Below, one piece after another: positions 58,730 through 64,000 of a DNA stretch of 64,000 nt; the first letter of the stretch is position 1; each line of letters starts with the position of its first letter. The stretch spans positions 384,001-448,000 of the forward strand of contig CBDCFN010000015.1 in assembly GCA_965216315.1 (NCBI GenBank). Direction: 5' to 3'. A program made the translations under genes and the position numbers. The notes below the pieces were generated by a model. It ran no database searches and was not told the origin of the DNA. It saw only the letters and a program-made list of their open reading frames with translations. Source of the stretch: a bacterium (GTDB lineage: Bacteria; UBA10199; 2-02-FULL-50-16; JAJFLM01).

Positions 58730-59674
58730 TTAAGACGCGGATTTAACCGCGCGGGGGCCTTTGGACTCTTGGGCCTTTGCGGCCTTTTGTTTGTGCGTGC
58801 GGTCGATGAATTCCTTGCAGAGATTGGCGTAGTTGATCGTCCCGGTCGAGGAGCGATCGTAGTGAAAGATGGGGCGGCCTTCGAGTTGGGCCTTGTTGAG
58901 GGCCGTGTTGATCGCGATCTCCGTATTGAAGATCTGACCATTGAAGTATTTTTTCATATTCTCGCGAATCAAATCATTCATCTGCAGATTGCGTCCGTCG
59001 ACGCGCGTGAAAAGCACGCCGAGGATGTCGAGATCCGGATTGAGGCGGTCATTGATTTGGGCCAGCGTATCGATGAGGTCGCTGACGCCTTCGAAGGCCA
59101 AGACACTCATCTCGCAGGGAATGAGTACAAAACGCGCGGCGACGAGGGCATTGACCGTGAGGTTGCCCATCGAAGGCGGGCAATCGAAGATGATGTAGTC
59201 GTAATGGCTGCGCGCGGTGCGCAGGGCATTCTTTAAAATAAACTCTTTGCCGATTTTGGTCGCGAGGGAATTTTCCGCATCAACGAGACTGCGATCACCC
59301 GGAGTGAGATAGAAGTTATCGAGATCCGAACGAATCACACCATCGAGGATGTCGCCGCGCCGATCAACTAAGATAGTCGACAAGGGTGTGTACTCAATGC
59401 CTTCCGGAATGACCGCGCCGAGACTTTTTTCGACGTGACCTTGCGCATCGAGATCAATGACCAAGACTTTTTTGCCGTGCATCTCGGATAATGAAGTCCC
59501 GAGATTAACGGCGGTCGTTGTTTTGCCGACGCCGCCTTTTTGGCTGCAGACCGCAATGATCTCCGCGCTTTTCTTCCCGGGGTAATGACGTTCCGCCACT
59601 ACCATCTCTTTGAGACGATCTTTGAGTAGGGACATGACCAGTTTGGAACTATCGAAAAACAAGTCGTGAGGCAA
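58730..59674 (-). CDS. ParA/Soj family ATPase
   Basis: QKGGVGKTT, DLDAQG, DCPPS; start uncertain. Confidence 0.92.
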   Translation of the reverse strand: MPHDLFFDSSKLVMSLLKDRLKEMVVAERHYPGKKSAEIIAVCSQKGGVGKTTTAVNLGTSLSEMHGKKVLVIDLDAQGHVEKSLGAVIPEGIEYTPLSTILVDRRGDILDGVIRSDLDNFYLTPGDRSLVDAENSLATKIGKEFILKNALRTARSHYDYIIFDCPPSMGNLTVNALVAARFVLIPCEMSVLAFEGVSDLIDTLAQINDRLNPDLDILGVLFTRVDGRNLQMNDLIRENMKKYFNGQIFNTEIAINTALNKAQLEGRPIFHYDRSSTGTINYANLCKEFIDRTHKQKAAKAQESKGPRAVKSAS

Positions 59675-59761
59675 GATGAAAAGTGCCTGGAATCAACAAT
59701 TTATGACGCACTTGGCCATATCTTGACACCCTCTGAAATCCAGGGTTAATTAGCCGCCACT

Positions 59762-60526
59762 ATGGCTAAATCCGGCCACAACTTAAACCCTCGCACCGAG
59801 ACGATACTCTGCGCCCTCATCGAGTCTTACATGGCGAATGCGGGTCCCGTGGGGTCCGAGCGCCTGCGCCAACAGCATGGCCTGCCCTGGTCCTCGGCGA
59901 CGATACGCAATGAGCTCGCGGCGATGGAAAGCCAGGGGCTCTTGACGCACTCCCATACCAGTGCGGGTCGGACGCCGACGGCCGTGGGGATGCGCTATTA
60001 CGTAGACTTTCTGCTGGGGTCTGCCGAGGTGACCATGGTTACGCGCGATCGGGTCAATCAGGCCCTGGCTGCAGCGGGAGAGGATCCCCTCCAGCTCAGC
60101 CTTATCGTTTCGCAGTTGCTTTCGCGCCTATCGCACCATGTGTCCTTGGTGCAGGCTCTTCACGAAGGAAACAAAAACTGCGTGATCGCGGGCAAGGAAA
60201 ACTTTTTGGGCCAGCCCGAGTTTAGCGATTCGTTGAAATTGAAGGATTTTTTTCGAGTTTTAGAAGAACAAGATGTGCAGGACTGCATCTTCCGTTCGAC
60301 GCTGACGTCCGGTCCCGTTCATGTGTCGATTGGGTCTGAACATTTGCCGGAGTCCTATCGTGAACTTTTTGAAGATATTAGCTTGGTGACATCGGCCTTT
60401 GGAAGGAACGGAAGGACGACAGGGGCGATCGGTGTCATCGGTCCCAAGCGGATGGATTATCGCAAAATGATTCCCTTAGTCGACTATACGGCTCAAAGTG
60501 TCTGTCGTCTTCTGGCACAAAACTAA
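59762..60526 (+). CDS. hrcA: Heat-inducible transcription repressor (short form)
   Basis: SSATIRNE, HTSAGRTPT, GVIGPKRMDY. Confidence 0.9.
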   Translation: MAKSGHNLNPRTETILCALIESYMANAGPVGSERLRQQHGLPWSSATIRNELAAMESQGLLTHSHTSAGRTPTAVGMRYYVDFLLGSAEVTMVTRDRVNQALAAAGEDPLQLSLIVSQLLSRLSHHVSLVQALHEGNKNCVIAGKENFLGQPEFSDSLKLKDFFRVLEEQDVQDCIFRSTLTSGPVHVSIGSEHLPESYRELFEDISLVTSAFGRNGRTTGAIGVIGPKRMDYRKMIPLVDYTAQSVCRLLAQN

Positions 60527-60542
60527 TCATAAGAAATACAGC

Positions 60543-61145
60543 ATGAGTAAAAAAACACGTCCAGAGACAGAATTTGAAGAGGATGATGAGGTGACGGAAA
60601 TCAGTCAAACTAAAAGACCTGCCGAAGCGAACGATTTAGAGTCGAGCATTGAAAAGGTCGAATCGGATATCAGTGATCTCGTGACGACTTTGGAAAAAGA
60701 AAGAGACGAGTTCAAAGATAAATTTTTGCGGACCTATGCGGATCTGGAAAACTTCCGGAAGCGTGTTTCCAAAGAAAAAGAAGAGTTGTTGAAATTTGGG
60801 AATGAGAAACTTCTCAAGGAGATATTATTTATTAAGGATAATTTGGATCGTGCTCTCAATCACAAAGATGATGCAGACCCAAAATCACTCATTGAAGGGC
60901 TGGAATTGATCCATCGCGAGTTTGATAAGCTGATGGGCCAAGTCAACGTTGAAGAAGTCGAAACGATCGGCAAACCGTTTGATCCTGAGAAGCATGAAGC
61001 CCTGGCAGAAGAAGAAAGTCAGCAAGCCCCCGGGACTATCTTGGCAGAATATCAAAAGGGTTATATTTATCATGGGCGTCTGCTGCGGCCGGCCCGCGTC
61101 GTGGTTGCAAAAGCGCCGGGCACTACACCCAACAAGGAGTCCTGA
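60543..61145 (+). CDS. grpE: Nucleotide exchange factor GrpE
   Basis: ADLENFRKR, DNLDRAL, FDPEKHEA, GRLLRPARV. Confidence 0.96.
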   Translation: MSKKTRPETEFEEDDEVTEISQTKRPAEANDLESSIEKVESDISDLVTTLEKERDEFKDKFLRTYADLENFRKRVSKEKEELLKFGNEKLLKEILFIKDNLDRALNHKDDADPKSLIEGLELIHREFDKLMGQVNVEEVETIGKPFDPEKHEALAEEESQQAPGTILAEYQKGYIYHGRLLRPARVVVAKAPGTTPNKES

Positions 61146-63070
61146 TGCGACGACCACTAACATTTGCGGCGGTTTTTTTATTAGCCTTGTCTCTGAGTCA
61201 TTGCGGGGGAACGGGGACGACGAAGGTCGCCAAGCGCAAGGCTCAGTACGCGGCCCAAGTCACTCAAGAGATGCAGACGAGTTTTAAGAATGCCGATCGC
61301 TTTTATCGGAAAAAGGCGTTTACTAAGGCCCTGCCGCTTTTCAGCACGTTTGTGGATTCCTACCCTTACAATAAGCTAACGGACCGGGCTTTGTTGCGGA
61401 TAGGTCAGATTCACCTTCATCAGGGCCGTCCGAACGAAGCGGTTCGCCCTCTCAATCGAGCCGCGAAAGGGATCTATGATCCGGATACCACGCCGGAAGC
61501 GATCTATGCCTTGATGCTCGCGTATGAACGGTCGGGAAATCTTAAAGGGGCGTGGGATATCGTCAGTCGCATTAGTTGGCCCGCGACCCGGGCCAAGAGT
61601 CGTCTCAAGCTGGCCTCGTTCGGAATCAAGGTCGGCGAACAAGCGGGTCGCTCGACAGACGAATTGGCGCCGCTTTATCTGGAAATACTCGATGCCTACG
61701 TCATTCTGAGACAGCCACCACGCCCCGCACCCTCTTGGTTGATCGTTCATGGGGATGCGCTTCGTTGGGTCAAGCGCTGGGTCGAAACCGGTGAAACCTC
61801 TTCCAGTGAGCTTAAAAAATTAGTCGAACGCTTTACCGGCAAAACATCCGGTGGTTTTGTCCTGTATAAGCAGGCGCGCCAGGCCTATGCGGAAGGCAAG
61901 ACCGATCTCGCGCGCGACGCCTATGATCGTTACGTTCGTGGTTATCCCAAACATGAATATATCGCCGAGGCGCGGATACGACTGGCGGAGTTGGGTCGCA
62001 AGGTCGACAGTGATTATATTCCGGTGGGGGTTGTGCTGCCTTTTTCAGGTCGGTATGGACGTTACGGAAAAGCGGTCCTGCGAGGCATTGAATGTGGCGC
62101 CGGTATCTTAGATCCCTGTAATTCTGATCTGCCCATCCGACTCGTGATTCGCGATACTCAAAGTGATCCGCGCAAGGCGACCAAGGCCTTCAATGAGGCC
62201 GTGGCTTCCGAATATGTCATGGCGGTCATTGGCCCGTTGGCCAGCGTCGAAGTCGATGCCGTGGCGCGCCAAGCGGAGGTGCACCAAGTTCCCATCATTG
62301 CATTGACGCAGAAAAAAGACGTCACGGAGTCGGGACGCTACGTCTTCCGCAATTTTTTAACTATTGAAGATCAGGTGCAGACGGTTGTTAAAAAGATTTG
62401 CAGTTCGGAAGACCGTGAATTGGCCATCCTTTACCCTGATTCGTCGGGTGGCCGAACCTATAAACAGCTCTTTGAAGCAGGAATCACGGCCTGTGGGGGC
62501 ACATTGAAAGCCGCCCAAGCGTATCGTCCCAATGGCAGTAACTTTCAGGATGCGATTCGCGGCCTAAAGTTTGCGATCTCCAAACATGGTTTGGAAGGCG
62601 GTGTTGGTTTTGATGGCCTCTTTATTCCGGATAGTTACAAAAATCTTTCGCGTATTTTCCCTTTACTGTCTTTTCTCGATGTCAAAAATGTTCGGCTTTA
62701 TGGGACGGCCGGTTGGAACAATCAGAAACTCGTTAAAGAATTTCCTCAAATCATGGAGGGATCGATTTTTGTCGGTGGGTTTTATTCTGAATCGAGTGCC
62801 GGACCGACGCGTCGCTTTGCAAAGACCTATAATCAAGCTTATGGGCGCAAGCCGAGCTTTCTGGAGGCGTACGGATATGATTCGATGGAGTTGATCAAAA
62901 AGGCCGTGCGAAATCGACGGGGGAGTAAACGTCCGGAAGTTCGGGATGCCTTGTCGACAATGCGAAGTTTTCCTGGAGTGACGGGAGCCATCACGATCGA
63001 CCGCTTTGGAGATGCCAAACGACGCCTCTTCTTGCTGACGGTTGAGAATGGAAAGATCGACGAATTGTAG
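61145..63070 (+). CDS. TPR + periplasmic-binding-fold lipoprotein (LpoA/LppC-like)
   Basis: Lipobox-like LSHC, TPR repeats, GVVLPFSG, VIGPL, AYGYD. Confidence 0.8.
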   Translation: MRRPLTFAAVFLLALSLSHCGGTGTTKVAKRKAQYAAQVTQEMQTSFKNADRFYRKKAFTKALPLFSTFVDSYPYNKLTDRALLRIGQIHLHQGRPNEAVRPLNRAAKGIYDPDTTPEAIYALMLAYERSGNLKGAWDIVSRISWPATRAKSRLKLASFGIKVGEQAGRSTDELAPLYLEILDAYVILRQPPRPAPSWLIVHGDALRWVKRWVETGETSSSELKKLVERFTGKTSGGFVLYKQARQAYAEGKTDLARDAYDRYVRGYPKHEYIAEARIRLAELGRKVDSDYIPVGVVLPFSGRYGRYGKAVLRGIECGAGILDPCNSDLPIRLVIRDTQSDPRKATKAFNEAVASEYVMAVIGPLASVEVDAVARQAEVHQVPIIALTQKKDVTESGRYVFRNFLTIEDQVQTVVKKICSSEDRELAILYPDSSGGRTYKQLFEAGITACGGTLKAAQAYRPNGSNFQDAIRGLKFAISKHGLEGGVGFDGLFIPDSYKNLSRIFPLLSFLDVKNVRLYGTAGWNNQKLVKEFPQIMEGSIFVGGFYSESSAGPTRRFAKTYNQAYGRKPSFLEAYGYDSMELIKKAVRNRRGSKRPEVRDALSTMRSFPGVTGAITIDRFGDAKRRLFLLTVENGKIDEL

Positions 63071-63083
63071 ACGTCGGTGATTC

Positions 63084-64000
63084 ATGAAAAAAACTATTAC
63101 GAGTCTCGGTGAGTTCGGAGTCATCCGCGAACTTTTGAGAGGCCTCCCTGCCTACGGCGTTGGCGACGACGCCACGGTATTGCCGCGGTTTAATAAACAA
63201 ACATTGGTGACGACAGATCTCTTGCAAGAAGGGGTTCATTTTGAACGCCGTTGGGCGTCTTGGGCGGACGTCGGGTTTAAGGCCCTGCAAGTGAATATGA
63301 GTGACATTGCGGCGATGGGCGGACGGCCCCAATACTATTGGCTGACCCTGTCTTTGCCCCGCAATTTTCTCGTTGCGGACCTGCGCCAATTGCGCGCCGG
63401 ACTCAAGCGCGCAGCGCGGCCGTACCAGCTTCGTTGCGCCGGCGGGGATACCAACCGGTCGAAGCAGGGTGTCTCCGTGGCAGTGACGCTGCTGGGCCAG
63501 GTGGGGAAATGCGTTGTCCCCCGTGATGGCGCGCGGGTGGGGGACGATATCTATGTGACGGGACAGCTTGGAGAAGCGGCATTAGGTTTGGCCATATTAT
63601 CGAAGCAGCGGCGAGTCGCACAAACCCAAGCGCGTTATGTTCGCCGCCAACTGCGACCGATGGCTCGGGTGAAAGCCGGTCAGGCCCTGGCCGCGCTCGG
63701 CGTCCACGCGATGATCGATGTCAGTGACGGACTTGGTGCAGACCTGGGACATGTTTTAGATGCTAGCGGTGTTGGTGCCCACCTTGATGCAGAAGTTCTG
63801 CGACCGAGCCCGACGTTTCGGCAACTCTGCCAACGACTGAAACGACCGTGGCAAGACTTTGTGTTGTGCGGCGGCGAGGACTATGAATTATTATTTTGTG
63901 CGCCGTCGCGACTGGCGGTGCGGATTCAAGGGTTAAGTCGGCGTTTGAAGCTCCCGATGACAAAAATCGGGCGCATCGTCCGAGCCGGACAATCCCAATT
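63084..64000 (+). CDS. thiL: Thiamine-monophosphate kinase (3' partial)
   Basis: Own translation: GEFG, GDDA, EGVHF, NMSDIAAMG, GGDT, DVSDGL, GGEDYEL. Confidence 0.93.
   Translation, partial: MKKTITSLGEFGVIRELLRGLPAYGVGDDATVLPRFNKQTLVTTDLLQEGVHFERRWASWADVGFKALQVNMSDIAAMGGRPQYYWLTLSLPRNFLVADLRQLRAGLKRAARPYQLRCAGGDTNRSKQGVSVAVTLLGQVGKCVVPRDGARVGDDIYVTGQLGEAALGLAILSKQRRVAQTQARYVRRQLRPMARVKAGQALAALGVHAMIDVSDGLGADLGHVLDASGVGAHLDAEVLRPSPTFRQLCQRLKRPWQDFVLCGGEDYELLFCAPSRLAVRIQGLSRRLKLPMTKIGRIVRAGQSQ

Noticed and set aside
59675..59761. CIRCE element before hrcA
   Set aside because: No TTAGCACTC-N9-GAGTGCTAA visible; only a TTGACA -35-like box

Overview
Bacterial chromosomal window of moderately high GC. 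Gene content suggests a deltaproteobacterial-type lineage (inference only). The housekeeping backbone includes smpB, panB/panC, coaD, rsmD, valS, nadC, hrcA, grpE, thiL, aminotransferases, acyl-CoA dehydrogenases and a nitrite/sulfite reductase. It is interleaved with many orphan or secreted genes and three toxin-antitoxin-like pairs. Main findings: (1) a candidate new RiPP or protein-modification locus, with two B12-dependent radical SAM enzymes flanking a signal-peptide protein carrying nine tandem GAPxxxxx repeats and an unannotated 54-aa coiled-coil ORF (20794-24527), convergent with a lipid-linked pentose glycosylation operon; (2) a recurrent sigma28-like promoter (RCAAC-N14-GCCGATAA-like) 6-9 nt before the start codons of orphan, effector-like genes, implying a near-leaderless regulon; (3) small palindromic repeats inserted in-frame inside housekeeping enzymes, plus one next to a duplicated smpB 5' end; (4) a c-di-GMP-I riboswitch and terminator upstream of a Cys-ladder beta-helix Tat substrate encoded with its own tatABC; (5) three sigma54 promoters sharing a tandem TTATCA-N3-TGATAA site in front of secreted Cys-rich orphans. 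No tRNA, rRNA, CRISPR array, integrase or transposase was recognised.
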